From positions 1-64,000 of the forward strand of contig OZ237751.1 of NCBI GenBank assembly GCA_965178125.1: a DNA stretch of 64,000 nt. Direction: 5' to 3'. This DNA comes from Bilabrum cf. latius (lineage: Eukaryota). Every line of letters starts with the position of its first letter. Position 1 is the first letter of the stretch. The position numbers and the translations under genes were made by a program. The notes under the pieces are model-generated. The model was not told the origin of the DNA. It ran no database searches and saw only the letters and a program-made list of their open reading frames with translations. Shown here piece by piece: positions 24,201 to 38,000 of this stretch.

Positions 24201-25705
24201 CGAGCGACTGCTTGCTGCTGGGACAATTGGACGATAGCACAGTGGGCGTCGATGCGGACTAGGTGGCGGGACTGCCATATGCACTGGCATCTGGAGGGTA
24301 GCACGGATTGCTGCCTGCCACACCTGGCGACCGTCACAAACTGCATGGCTTTGGCGACTTTGGATATCACCAACGGCCATCAACCCAAAGCCAAGCAGCC
24401 GCAAAGGGTGGCTCCGCTAGTAGCGCTGCTGATGGTCCTGGAATTGAGGGTGTCACGGGCGAACGGGACAGTCGGAAGAGTGGTGATGCAGGTTCTAGTG
24501 GACATGGTCGGCGACAAGGTACCAGAAGCACCACCATGTCAACGTCGCAGTAGATGTCGAGCAGCAGTTCAAGTGGCTCATCAGGCGGAGAGGATGGCTT
24601 TAGCCCAGAAGATACCGACAAACCAGAGTTTCCTCCTCGCCCCGCACTGCAGCCGTACAAGGAGAAGCCCCATGACGTGATGCCCGGTTTTTTCTATTTC
24701 CCCTCGCCGTTTATCTGGTGCCCCATGATCCCGCCGTTTTTGATCCCTTTCTGCCCAACGCCGATTCCGTAGATCAATATTCTGCTGAAGATGATGATCC
24801 CTGGCGTTATTCGCCCCCCAATCGATCAGATATTGGCAGACTTCATGGTCGGGGTGGATGCTACACAGCAGATTTTCCTCTGTATGTTCCCGATGATGGA
24901 TGCAGGTGGAGCTAGACGTGGACCGCCTGGGCTGATTCAATTGCAGAGCGGATTGACGCACGTTTCAGAGCAATCTGTCGAAAGTCCAGTAGGGCTTCTT
25001 GGGCCATTGGTTGGCTCAGGTGCTCGTCGATGGGGGCTGGGTAACGCGGCTTCGAATGCTCTAGTTTAGTTGGATGCGAGCCATATTGCATCGTTTGAGG
25101 TACATGACCGCGCACGCGCTTCTACGACATTGGAGCACAGCGGGTCTTCATCAATGCACACCGGTTTAGTCACGCCGGCTTTGAAGAAGCAGTTAGCTGG
25201 TGCTGTCAGTCACCCGATCGCCAACGACGTGGCAGCTGTAATTGCAAGCAATGTGCATCTTCAGTCGCACGCTCCATTAGTTGCTAGGCTTGCAGGCGCT
25301 GTTCGGGACGAAACCTTGCATGCTTGCTCAAGCGATGTATCGGACGGAATCGGGATCGCGGCGGCAGCAGCTATTGGGGGTGGTCTCTCGGCTGCAAGCG
25401 GCCGAGGTTCGAGCTTGCTGGCAGATGATATAGCGTCTATATCTCCAGCATCAATGGTTCCGGTGCTGAGCACGTCGGTCGCCCAAGCAGTCGCGGAAGG
25501 GCTTCTGTAGGACACACATGACTTGGATGCGTGCGCTGCGTGCCATGCAACGCGCTCATAGTCAGATTGCGACAAGTGCAGCAATCTCAACGGGTAGCGT
25601 TCGTCGTCTGGGGTGGCCACGGAATGGGCGAGTGTTTTATCTCGTCGGATAGCCGTCGCGTTGATGAGGGGGCAACACGAACTTAGGAGTGTACCGAGTG
25701 ACTGA
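18296..25705 (+). CDS. ~2,470-aa secreted protein with an IPT/TIG domain and EGF-like (tenascin-type) repeats
   Basis: Signal-like MTSQIRYVLHFILIASVGLFCSA. IPT motif VSFVTPSTGPRGGGTWLVVEG. EGF-like units CSGNGAC...CDCNPGWVG..C and CPSGCSGHGTC...CDCDKLYLGPDC. Track ORFs 18278, 19481, 20183, 20654, 20912, 21395, 21866, 22127, 22925, 23597, 24308, 24554, 24791 and 25070 share one frame, linked by TAGs, and end at TGA. Confidence 0.82.
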
Positions 25706-26043
25706 AGCTGGTGACTCAGTGGTGGCCTTTTGACTGACTGTGTGAGTTGAATGTCTCGGCATAAACTTAGAGTAGACTAAGTCCAAGTATTTGCTGTAAA
25801 TCTAAAGATTCGAAGTTGCACGCACAAAACAATCTGAAATGCCACATCCAGATCAGAGCTGGTCAAGATTCTGGATAATTCTCTGATCGTGCATCGCGAG
25901 ACCTACAGTCAGACTCTGGACCGCCGGCCAATTCCCGGCTCCCATCAGTTGGCAAGAAACAGTCCCCCGCACCATCCAGAACCAGATCAAAATCCCGATC
26001 TCTCCATGCCAACGCTGACGTCACAACTACAACTTTTGCAATG

Positions 26044-29000
26044 TCAAGGCGGTGTGCTAATATTGGCTGCGTAGTCCGCCCCCATCCCGAACAGGTGCCG
26101 AGCTTGCCGCTCAGAAAGATCGTATGGGAACCCGTCAATGCGCTTTCCGGAGCTCTTAAACCAGTCAGCAATAAACTCTGCAGTCGCATTTGTGTTGGTC
26201 GATTCGAGCCCCTGCCTGGTGAACTCCTCCCTAGAAGCCAGTTGCACTTCACTCTAATTTGTACTCAACCGTGACACCTGTGCCTGCAGAAATGTTCGGT
26301 AGTCCCCTGGCTGGACTGCTTGGGCAAAGCGGGCATCAGAAACTAGCTGTCGAGCAGAGATCCTGGCGTCAGCCACCATTTCACGATACAGTCGCTGGGT
26401 CCGCAGCATCCAATACTCCATGGTCACATCCGACTCGCCCCTCCAGAACTGCAGCGACCCATGCTTTCGCGAGATGGGAGTGTCAAATAACCTCCACGAT
26501 GCATCGTGAATGGCAAGCATGCACCGATGTCTGACGCGGTGGGCTACGCTTGTATTTACATCAGCGTGTTGCTGGTCAGCACAGATGGCTGGTGCGTCAT
26601 AGAATGCAGTGCTCGGGCGATCCGAGCTGCCGCGGCCAGCTGCAGCATGCAGCCAATCCTTCACATGCTCTTCTGCCCAAGCGCGTTCCTCCTTTGAAGG
26701 CTCGATCCCCTATTCCTGCCTATCGCGTAGCCTGTCTCGTTGAAATTCGTACCAATAGTGAAGGATACGCTCCTTCATGTTAGCTACCTTGGCTTCAGCA
26801 GCCCGGCCGCTGCTACCCAGCTCCGGGAGAGCATCACCGACGGTACCATGGTCCCTGAAGTAGCCAACTTGTTTCGACATTGCAGATGCAGCCCTCTGAG
26901 CAGAATCTAAACTCGTTTGGTCCACCACAGACATGGCATTAGCTTCGACACTCTTCGCATGCGCAGCCTTTGCGATGGTCTCGCGACTGCTTTCATAGGC
27001 TAGCTGCAGAGGATCCTGATCACCAGCTTGCTTCGATATCGACGCAGCCGACTGCGAAGAAGCCAAATCAGAGAAAATACCATCGACATTGACCCTACCC
27101 TTGGCATCGTCTTCTTGCACTGCTTCTGATGGTTGCGCCGTGGGCTAATTCAGAAGTATCGCCGAAGAAAGCTGCAAGAAAGCCGAATTGACTAAGCTCG
27201 AGCCGCCAATATCAAAACTCATATTCGTGGGGTGGTGTGCTTGCTGTCGACTCGACTCGGTCGGGGCAACACTCGCAGCCAATGTGCAACTTGTCCCATC
27301 GCGATCAACGACAAAGCGATGGCCAGGTTTCGGTGATGGCATCGTATGGCAGAAGTCACCGAGAGCCTCCGCCCTGGCTCTGTCCTGCTTGTTCCGGGAC
27401 ATGCCCTTCAGGTCATCCATCCAGTTCTAATACCTCTTCCACCCCATGGATTGCGCATACTGCTCAGCTTCAGTCTGCTCCTGAATCTCCTTTCGGCGAT
27501 TGCTATTGTCCTAGGATCGACTACTGCCGGAGTCTTCGGTTCCTTCCGTCTTGGAATGCACAGCATCTGGCAGGGCGCGCACAGGCCCTAGGCCTTGCGT
27601 GTCACAACCATTTTTCTCATGATACTTCCAATCAGTCTCAGCGAATTCCAGCGACCGAGAGGGTTGGACAGTAAACTTGGTGTAGAACACGCGTAGAAAT
27701 GCATCTCCAAATGTCCAAAGGTCAAATCCAGGAATGAGCTGCGTCTGTGGCGTGAACGCAGTGACGCATTGAACCTGATCGTAGCTCCAGCCCAAGACGG
27801 TGTAGTCTTCCTTGGTAAGGGTGAACGGAGTGCCTCCTAGCACGAATGTGACGTCCGGCAAGTCTTCTAATCCATCACAAGTGAGGGCCACTGACGTCTC
27901 TTCCAACAATGCTAACATGGGCCACACAGGACCAGAAATGAAGAAATCACCAGATCGAATTGTGGCTCTGCAAAGCGCTGGAATGAAGCAAGGTCGAATA
28001 CTTCGCCCATTCACGATGACATCCGACAGCATCATAGTCCAGGACGGTAGGAGAAACTTGATCCCTGGCATGGGGAGCGGCGCGACCTTCTTGAAGCCGC
28101 TTTTGGCATACTGTGCCGGGGCCTTTTCAAAGAAGAAACAGCCACCATTATCGGCAAAAAACATGCTGAACATCTTGGTGAAGCTCGATGGAAAGAATGG
28201 CGGCATCGGCCACAGCGGGAAATTCTTCGGGATGGGCACCGGTACCATCGGAATGGGGTAGAAGACTGACCCACAGCGCATGAAATCGATTATATTCAGC
28301 ATAGGGTCCATCGGAGCCAGGTCCCAAGGCCATGTCTCCTCCCAATAGGCAAGACCAACCTTGCCAGTGTGGTTGAAACCCATGTGGCCCACTGCCCCCA
28401 GGTCCAAGATCCCCATGTGAATCGGAGCCCCTAGTATAAACTTGCCAGCCAAGTTGACCATGGTGTGGCCGCCGATCCCAATGACTGACATGATCTGAAA
28501 AATACCGGCTTCAAGTAGGTCAACTGGTGCGACCACTGGCGGCATCTATGGGATGAACATGCCGCCGAACATCGGCACCTTCTTGCAGCCATCCATGAAA
28601 CAGGCCGCTGACATGACCCACGTGACTGCCAATCCTGTATCGAGGGTGACCCATAGCTTCTTCCCGCCAATATTCACATTGGCCTGGAAGTCCGATATGT
28701 ACTCCTGACCGCTCTTCAACCTGAATATCTCTAAACCTGTCCCTCCTCCTTTCTTTGGCGGTCCACAGTGCCACCAGTTGCACCTGTCGAGGTGGAACTT
28801 GTTCTGCTTCCATCTGCATGGGCATGGGTGCCTTGAGGACTCAGAGCCGGGTGAGCTACTGCTCCACTCGTTCTCCTCCTTGAAGTCATTGTTGGCCGCC
28901 CAGTCTCCCGGCAGACTGGACATTTGCCAATCGAGATCAGCAGCTGTGATATCGCTTGGATCAGCATCTGACGCATCATGCGGAAGCATCTCTTCTGGTT

Positions 29001-32000
29001 CCTCGAGATCCCATACGCCCACAGGACCTTTGGCAAGGTCTGATTCTGACGGTGCCCACACGCCAGGGGGGCCGCAATCTAGTGCGTCGGCATCGGTGAG
29101 AGAAGCCGATGCAGCAATCTCACCACCCTCATCAGCTTTCGTCTGCTACTCGTGGTATCTCGAACTTGCGCCGGTCGTCTAAAACGTAACATCTCTCTCA
29201 AGTTCTGCTGGCCCACGCTAGGCTATAGCACCATCCTCAACAACGCCTGCCCTGGACTTACGAATCTACCCAAAGCTGGCGTCACGTCGTGTTGCAGACT
29301 TCCTGGCAATTTCTGCGACACCTGCTCTGATTGCAGCCGCATACGGCTTGTCTGCGTTCGATACTGCCGCGCGATCCTATGTAGACATCTACCGCAGATC
29401 TGGTGAAGCAGGCGAGGCAGGCGAAGGATCGAAAGTGTGCTTCGTGAATCGCAGATCTGGGACCCAATCGGGTTCAATGCGATGTGATTGATCATGCGAC
29501 CCAAGCTACAAGAGACCAGGGGCAGATGATCCGTCCAGGTACTTGAATAAGACCGAGCTGCACACCCGTGATACCGGCACTTCGCACGACGTTGCGTTCG
29601 TGAACTGGCCGTAGTCGAACTGCGGGCCACCAGGCCTTCTAACACACCTAGTGCCTATAGATGGCGTTGGGCGGGTTCGGGGTACTTCACAGGCTTGCCT
29701 CGATTTCCATTGCGAGTAATCGTACCCCATCTCAGCGCCTCCTCCAGCTGGTGCACGGCAGCGGCCTCCCCTCGCAACTCTTCCGCTTGACAAGTCCCGT
29801 ATCCTGCCTTTGCGGGATGTCGGATCTTCGCACTCTTCTCTGGTAACAAAGAGATGCTCAAACGCAAGAACGGGCACGTTGGATGGGGGACCAACAGCAG
29901 CAGCAACTGAGTTGTCGCCTGCTGCTTGCATATGAGACGCACGTCGGTACTCGAGAGGAGGCAGACAGACACCGTCAGACAGGCACTCTGATCGTCGGAC
30001 GTGCTCCGTTGTTCCGCATGTTCCATACTCTAGGCACTCCCTCTTTGTCGTGAAGGACGGATTTGAGCACACACCTGACTCGGAGTCGCTTGTAGGCGTC
30101 AGTCCATCGTGCCACACGTTCGTGGGCATGAACACGCATGGCTTCCCGCTCGCGGTGAAGCTTGCCAAGCAATGATGACGCACCCCCAATCCTGCACCAC
30201 GACACGAACAAGTGCCGAACCGCAGGCAGTCATCTTTTGATAGCTTTGTGGACTCTGAGCAGTAACCCGATTCTGAATCAGAATCACCTGGCGTGAACGT
30301 CGGGTCTGCAGCCCACATGATGCCACCGTCGGACCTGCCCCGTCCACCGCTTCCTTTTGCAATGTCAAGCTGCAGCTAATTGAGAGCTGCATCGCATCGC
30401 GGACCGATGTCGCTGGTATCTTCTACGCATCTGAAAAGTGCCACGCCGGACGTAGGCGACCTCCCGAGCACCTACCATCGATGCCCAGCTGTCCCAGTAA
30501 TGGTGTGCATATCCTACCGGAAGACAGCGGAGAAGCCAGCCAAGTCTATGACCCCATTGCCATTTAGCAGACTACGCATGCTACGAGAAATATGCGGAGC
30601 ATTCGTGTTCTGTCTCAGGATCTTCATAGAGGATACCCGAAGGGGGGCATGCCCACCAGATCGCAGTCTGCTGTCGAGGTACAGCGTGACGCTAGAGGCA
30701 CCCACAGTCGAGTACGCAGCCTTGCCAACTAAGCGGACTCGCAATGGAATAAGTACCGCCGTGTTGGGGTGAGCCTTATCCGGGGGACTGATTGGTAGCG
30801 GCGGAACTGTGAAAGACAAGCTCGCCTGCTGTACAACCAACTCTGCTGTTGAGATGGAACATAGTTCGCGACCGAAGGGAAAAATACTTGAAGACTCTAT
30901 TCCGTTCACTGCCTACTGAGCGGTGGCAGCGGCACTAGTACACAGCTGTACCGACGCAGAACCAGCCAACGTTCCCCTACGGTGACCCTCAAAAGGCAAC
31001 ATCGGACCAGACCGGACCTATTCGTTGGAGAATGCTTTGAAACTAGGTGAAGTTGGCATATCTGACTTCCCGACGACGCTATTGAACGCTGCAGTAGTTG
31101 CGACAGTTGACTGCGACCATGTGGACGAGACTATGCGACTCTTTGAGCTGCCGGGGACGCTACTTATCTTGCTGCATTGCGACGGCTCACGTACACAAGC
31201 AGTGAAGTCCCAGCCGAGACTACCGCTGTGCGAGCGGACCGAGTGTTGCACTCCTTGATCAAGCAACGTGGTACTTGCGGAAATTTTGTGAGCTTGCAAC
31301 GCACTAGCTCGACGAAGACTTGAATCAGCTTCGTAGCTCCACAGGGGCACCTCAAGCCCGGTTGGCCCAGAGTCAAGAGGCACCAGTTCAATCGAGTCCA
31401 CTACTAGCATACGAGAGGCAGGTGCTGCACCAAGCACCGCAGTCGGAATATCCGCATACCACGATGAAACAGCAACTGGCTCACGCTGCTGACATGAAGC
31501 CCCCATTTGATTGCAGTTCAAAAGCAGACTCGTTGGTTCTAGCCGAACCCAATCCAATGGCTTCATGGAGATTGGAATCCTGACCAGCGAGCCCGCCTCA
31601 CCGGGAGCCTCCACAAGGAGCCTGACCTGCTTTGCCAGAAGTGTGCACCCGTGTGCTACTACGGTCCTGGCAGGATGCTTCGGGCTAGGCACAACGCACT
31701 GGCCCGGTGCTCGCGTCCTGTACACTAGCCGGATGCGTCCTTGCACACCTTCAGATGCGGGAAGATGAATTGCAGCAAGGCGATGTTTTGCTGCAAGGGG
31801 CCAAACAAGTGCCAGACGGAGCAGGCTGTTGGCAGGCATCGAATCCCACCCGAGCTATGCTTCAAGTGGGATGGATCCAGCACTATGGAGACCTCTTCCA
31901 GTCGCGAAGCCATCCCACAACTGTCCATCCATGGACTGCATTAATGAGTATGATCCAGGCAAGAGCGCAGGGAGAGTGCACACACTGGATGGAGGCAGTA

Positions 32001-35000
32001 ATGCCGTATACCTCTACTGCAAGGGGTTGCCAAGCTGCGACCCTCGTACGAAGGCAGCGTCAAATGATTCAGTATGCAGTGACTATGAGCACTCAACGTC
32101 ACCAAATCGTGCGCGAGGCATCAGCGAAGAGACTGCATGCCTGCGAGGGGGCAGCACCAACTGCTGCTGAGCCCCAGGCTCAAGTCCGAAAAGTACTTTC
32201 GGAGAAACTAGCGGTGGTAGCTCTCCTGGGCTGTATTGAAGCGACAAATACTCTACACATTCTCCCTCGAATCCATGCTTGCTCGTCCGTGCTTCTCGCA
32301 TTGCAGTAACTAGCCGTGACTGGCACAAATCAATAGCTGGCGCATTCTCAGCCGCGGCCTTCACTACAATAGATACATTTACGCTCTTTGATATAGTGCT
32401 GGGCAGCCATCTCTCGCGTTTAGGCCTGTCTAAACTAGATAGGTGCTCCCAAGCGGTAAAATTCCAATGATCAGATCCCACAAAAGCCTCTATATTGCGC
32501 AGTGGTGGCGCTACGCAACGCAGCGCACCTCCGACGGTGCGCCACTGGGCCGATGTTTCGGCAAGGGACTGAAGTTGCTCGGCTGTAAACTGAGCACTAC
32601 CACTGGCCACTGCATGCGAGTCAGAAACTACGTTGTCAGAAAATAGAACAGCCGGAACGAGCAGGCCCTCAAAGTTGCAAAACACGCTCAGTTGGACATG
32701 TTGACGCTCAGCTAGGATCATTGCAGCGTGAACCAAGCCGCGCTAGACCCCAAGGAGGGAGATGACGGTCCCTCCATGCAACGGCGCCTTATCTGGTACA
32801 ACGCGAAGTCCGACAGGGGCATACTTTTGCCACACTTCACTGCACGCCTCGTGTCCCAACCCGGAGTCCGCCGCGCTGCAGAGGGCTGACCGAGTGCGGT
32901 AATCCGCTTCATGATTCACTGACCAACACACGCGCATTGCGCTGTCAGGGGCATCCCAGTGTTCGCCAGCATCAACAGAGAGTACAAATGGCGCACAGAC
33001 AACGGATGAGGATTGCGTTTTCACCCAGCATCCTTTGCAATTAGAGTTCCGAGACACGGCCTGAGCATAATCCGAAAGCTTCGGAATCGCACACGAGACT
33101 GTGCTCGACGCTGTGGCTGCCTGATGCCCCTAGGAACTCAGCAGCGGCGAATGATGTATTGTCGATACAATGCCAAACCCACAACGCACAAAAACTGGGA
33201 CATTGGAGAGCCTGCTACGCGCACCAACAGCTGCCAGGTCTAGCAATACGGCTCGCTTACTAGCAGGTGCCTCAACACGAAGTGAGGTACACGGACCCGA
33301 AGCAGCTTCACAGAATCGAACAGAGGTAACGTCGATGTACGTGAAGTCTGCCACAGCCGGGGCTACCCACGACTTGCCTCCATTCATTGAGAACTCAAGC
33401 TTGACGGTAGCTGCTTCGTCTGCAGCTGCAGCCTTGCGCGGAGGAGCAGTACAATGCCACACCTCCCCTTGAGGGCCGGCCTCGTCCTTTGTAGCACGGA
33501 TCTCAACGAGGGATACTGCAGAGCCCAGCTAGTTCTTCTGTTTAGCTTCTTGGCAGCACTGCTATAGAGCAGCACCACTTCGGAGCTCTGCCACGATTCC
33601 AGGGCAAACCCGGTCTGCAACTGCAAGTCCATGCTAATCCAGATCCACATTTCCAGTCGCAGGGCTGTACGACCACGATTTGTTTTGGGGCAGCATGGCA
33701 TCCAGCAGCGTGGCTCGCACTCTTTCAACGAGCAGCATGTAGTTGCCGTGCTCCTGATCACTGAGATGCCCATCCTGCGTCTCCGCGTGGTGCCCGTAGA
33801 GCATTGCTAGCGCAACACCGGCTACTCCAGATGCGGATATCTTTGAGTTTTGCTAGGAAGCACTAGAATTCGTCATTCGTACTTGCTCGCTTGGGCAGGA
33901 CGTCTGGACGCTGTCCTTCGTGTCTGGGTGCACTGCGACAAGCGCTAATGCAACAGCTGCTCGGATTTTCCCAAAATTATGCATCTGTTTCAACGGCTCA
34001 TGGGCACTGTGTACTCCAAGTCGGTCCGCCCATTCGCGTGCAATGGGCTGCGTCTGTAGATAGTGCGGACAAAGCTGCTACGCTCGCTCCAGGAGTTCCA
34101 GTCGGCACTGTGCTGCCCTTGAGGCAGACTGTGTCTGCACCAAGGACTGTACAGGCTTCATCCATTTAGAATCTGGTTCAATTGCACCGACGACAACGCT
34201 GCCAAAGCGACAAAGCGCCATCGATGAGCTACCGACAGCGTTGTGCCCGCCCAACAAAAACTCTGGCCGTAAGTTGGTCCCTCGGATGGATACAACGGTG
34301 CCACCAGCTGCTGGGCCACTCATCGGCCAAATGTTAGTGACTTCGCTGACGCCCAACCTCACAAAGCTCTGTGAAAAGTCGTCTCCCAATAAATCTCGGA
34401 CTTGCTCTTTAGAAAGTGAGCTGGCACCTGAAAGAGTTTGGCCTGGGCCAGGTCGTACGTCGTCGTCTATCCGATCCAACGGCACCACGTCAGGAAATGC
34501 CCCTGCTACAATGAGTGCGTCTCTCAAATAAACAATGCTGGATGCGAGCCGCCTTGAAGCAAGCGTATCAGATGTGGAAAGCAGCTGCGTGGACGGAGAA
34601 TCCATAGACCATCCCACTGTGGCCAGCACGCGTCTTTGCTTCCACTGAAACACGTGGATAGGTACAGGCCCATAGTACTCCACAATCCGGCTATCAGCTG
34701 ATGTCATGACTGGCAAAGATGCACATACTGGATCGGACCACGGCGACAGGTGACGAAGGTGGGCAGATGCGACTTGCATGTAGCCTCTTGCAAGAACCAC
34801 CAGCAGAGGGTCCCACAACGAGTGAAGAGGTCCCACTTCAGCAACCAGCTCAAGCTTGTCGGTCGGAAGCCCCAAATGTGTCTGCAGAGCTGACACTCTA
34901 CCTCGTACCCGTTCTACGAACCTAAAGAGTGGCAAATGGCGGATCGCCGCAGTGGAGCTGCCGCGATCAGTCACACTTCCGGATCGCTTCGAACACTACC

Positions 35001-38000
35001 TGGCCATAGCTTGCAAAACACGGGGCTCATCATCAGCTGCCCAGTCGCCTTGTGGTCCGGCGGCCGCTACAGCCCACATTGCCCCACTTGCGCCGTTGCA
35101 TTGAGCAGCCAGCGTCCAACCTTGGTGCATGAACGGCCCAGTGGCATTGGCAAGATCACCAGTTGCTCGCGGTTTCGAACGCTGGCCGAGTTCTCCCAAT
35201 CCGTCCAGGACAACCGCAAACTCCACGGCGACGACTGTCCCGACTGCAACAGGGCTACCCCCCCTAGAAAAATCAGCGAAAACCTCAACTACTGGTCCAG
35301 GGCCCGTCAATGATCGAACTGCACGCGGGGAAGCTGGGCTCTCGCAGGTAATGGAGCCAGCAACGAGACGCAACTAATCGCTGATTGCTCCTAATTCACT
35401 GCCAGGCAGACCGTCACCCTGTGCCAGCTAAATACGCGCTGCTACTTTTCTCTCACCAAATCGACACCACACAAGACGAGCCTCGCCCGATGGCAAAGAC
35501 AGCAGCGGAGCCGGGATTCCTCTTACTGTCACGGTCTGGCCACCGAGCTAGTCGCCATGCAATGGCGACGCAACGATCTAATACCCATCTTGGCCGAGCT
35601 TCATGGCTTCAAATATATTTTGGGCCGTAGTATCAGCGCGCTGGAGCTAGGTGTAGTTCAAAAAGCTCGAGTCCATCACGCGCATGCGGCCAGCAGGCCA
35701 GAAAGCATGCCCATCGTCCAAAGAAACCTCAGCAAGCACTGACATGGTGGCATACCCACGAAGGGACCCTAGACTACCCAAGGATTGTATTGGCTCGGGA
35801 GTTGGCCTTGGTGCTTGCAGCAGTGAGCAGCCCGGTAATCGGTGCACCACATACGTTGAAACAGTCCTGCAAACGTAATTGGCACTGGGGCCAGTCCATC
35901 TTTGTGAATCCAAGTCAGGCGACCAAGCTACATCTGAAGGATCTGGAAAGCTATCGCTGCCATACAAGGCAAAATACGGTTCAACAAGAGACCGATGGGC
36001 AGACTTGACTCCATCGCCACACGTAGCTGTGAGCACTGCTTTCGACGCGTCACACACAGTGGAGAGGATGCTGCTGTATCCAGGCACGGGCTGTGCTTGC
36101 TACGAAAGGTAATGGGCAGCTTGCATCATAGTACGCAGTGGGATGGCCGCTGCAACCGCTGTCGGCACCCTGGCTCCCCTCTCTCTAGCAATGACCGCTG
36201 TCGTGGACAGCAAACGCTTCCATAAGCAAGGTAGCCAGGGCTTCGATTCACTGCACTGAATGTGAGGACTCTGAAGAGAATGCCCCCCTCTGTACGCGCT
36301 CAAGGCGTTAAGAAGTCTGGACACGTTGAGCTGCATCGAATCGGCGGCCCTCAACGCTTCCAGAATGGCTCGAACCTCAACAGGCGATGCGGCACTCGCT
36401 CTAGAAAGGCCACCAAGTGCTACCTGGGCAAGATCACTCAGAAAGATCGATTCCGCGCTTGAGTTTGGTGCATGCAACCTTTTCATGCCAATGCTAGGCT
36501 GATACAGCTTGCTGGGTCTCGATTTCGAATCCATACTAACAGCTGGTATCTGCTCACTTGCGGAATGGTACGCCTGTACTCTACCAAGAGTGTTTTCGGA
36601 CGACTCTCCAGGCATGGGCAGCGTTACATTCGGATCCTAAAGAGGAAACAGCTCGCTCTTGAACCTTATGGCCTATGAACCAGTCGTTTGCAGCAGGGAC
36701 TTTGCTGCCACCGAAGCCGCATCGGTGGCCCTGAAGGCCTCAGCTATGGCAGAGATGGACGGAGTCTAGCATATCGCGGTGGATGTGGCCCGGTCAACAA
36801 CAGCATGCGTTACAACACTGCCTCCGAACCGGCACAGCGCTTGCGTTGCATTTAGCATTTCTTCCAATGAAAGTGCGAGCCGTAGCTTTAAAAGCCCTGT
36901 TGCTGGCTTCCCGCTTGATCCTGCTCGACTAAATCCGCGGAGCGGCACCCTGACCATGCCGACGTCGTTGCCAACTACAGTGCTTGGCACTGGACCAGCT
37001 GGCTGGGGGTGTGGATGGTAAAAAAACTGCGGGTCCGGGGACTCCTCAGCCACAGCAGGCCCGTGGCCGCTATCGGAACCGGTGTGCTGGCCGTTCGGGT
37101 AGAGGCTTCGGTCGCCATATCCCGGGATGGACGACTTGATCTGCTTCGAAGCCTCACGGTCGAATCGAGTCTGTGCGTCTGCCATTGCACCAGTGAGCTT
37201 AGGTGGCTCCTTGGCACTACCACCCCCCCCTGAAAGTCCATGGGCGACGATAGGAGTACTGCCGGCGCCACTCTCTGTGCCACTTCTCAGCTGCTGCACT
37301 ACAGAAACACGAACAGGTACGCCGGCTGGGTGAGCATGGAGCGGGGTCACACAAGCCAGGCGCGCAGGCATGCTTTCATGAGTTGCTCCAGCGTATTCCG
37401 GCAATAGCTTGTGCTGCTACTATAGTACAGTATTGTGCAGTTTCGCCAGGCTCCAGCGCTTGCTCCAAGATGGTAGCCGTACATCCCCGTCCAGGGAGCC
37501 ACGCAGTGTTTCGTGCAGCTGCAGCAAACTAGCCGAACTGCTTGCATTTGAATAGACACGGTGGGGTCTGCTCACAGAAAAATGAGACAGAACAATGCCA
37601 GGTGCATCATTTGGCCCGAAATGGCACGTGTGCTGCAGCACAGGGTCGAAGTTGCCATCCAAGACAACCAGAGTACCGCCGTGCATTGGCCCCAGCCTGG
37701 GCTGTAGCGATGTCACCTTTACGAAGTGACGTACGGCATGTACCGTATTACGGCCACCCGCTGCTAGAGATTCCTGCCCGTCGATAGGACCAATATCGCC
37801 GTGATGATGTGCTACCACTCCCAGGCTGTGGTCACCCAGGTGCCAAGGGGTCGGTGGCAGTCCTGCAGACACCAGCTTGCTGGACATGTGCCGCTCCCAA
37901 TTTAGAGCGGCCCACCGCTGGTTCTCTCTCGGATTGCTCGAGTTGATGGATGCTTCGGCCAACTGAGATGCATTCGGTGTTTGTAGCAGAACTCCCACTC

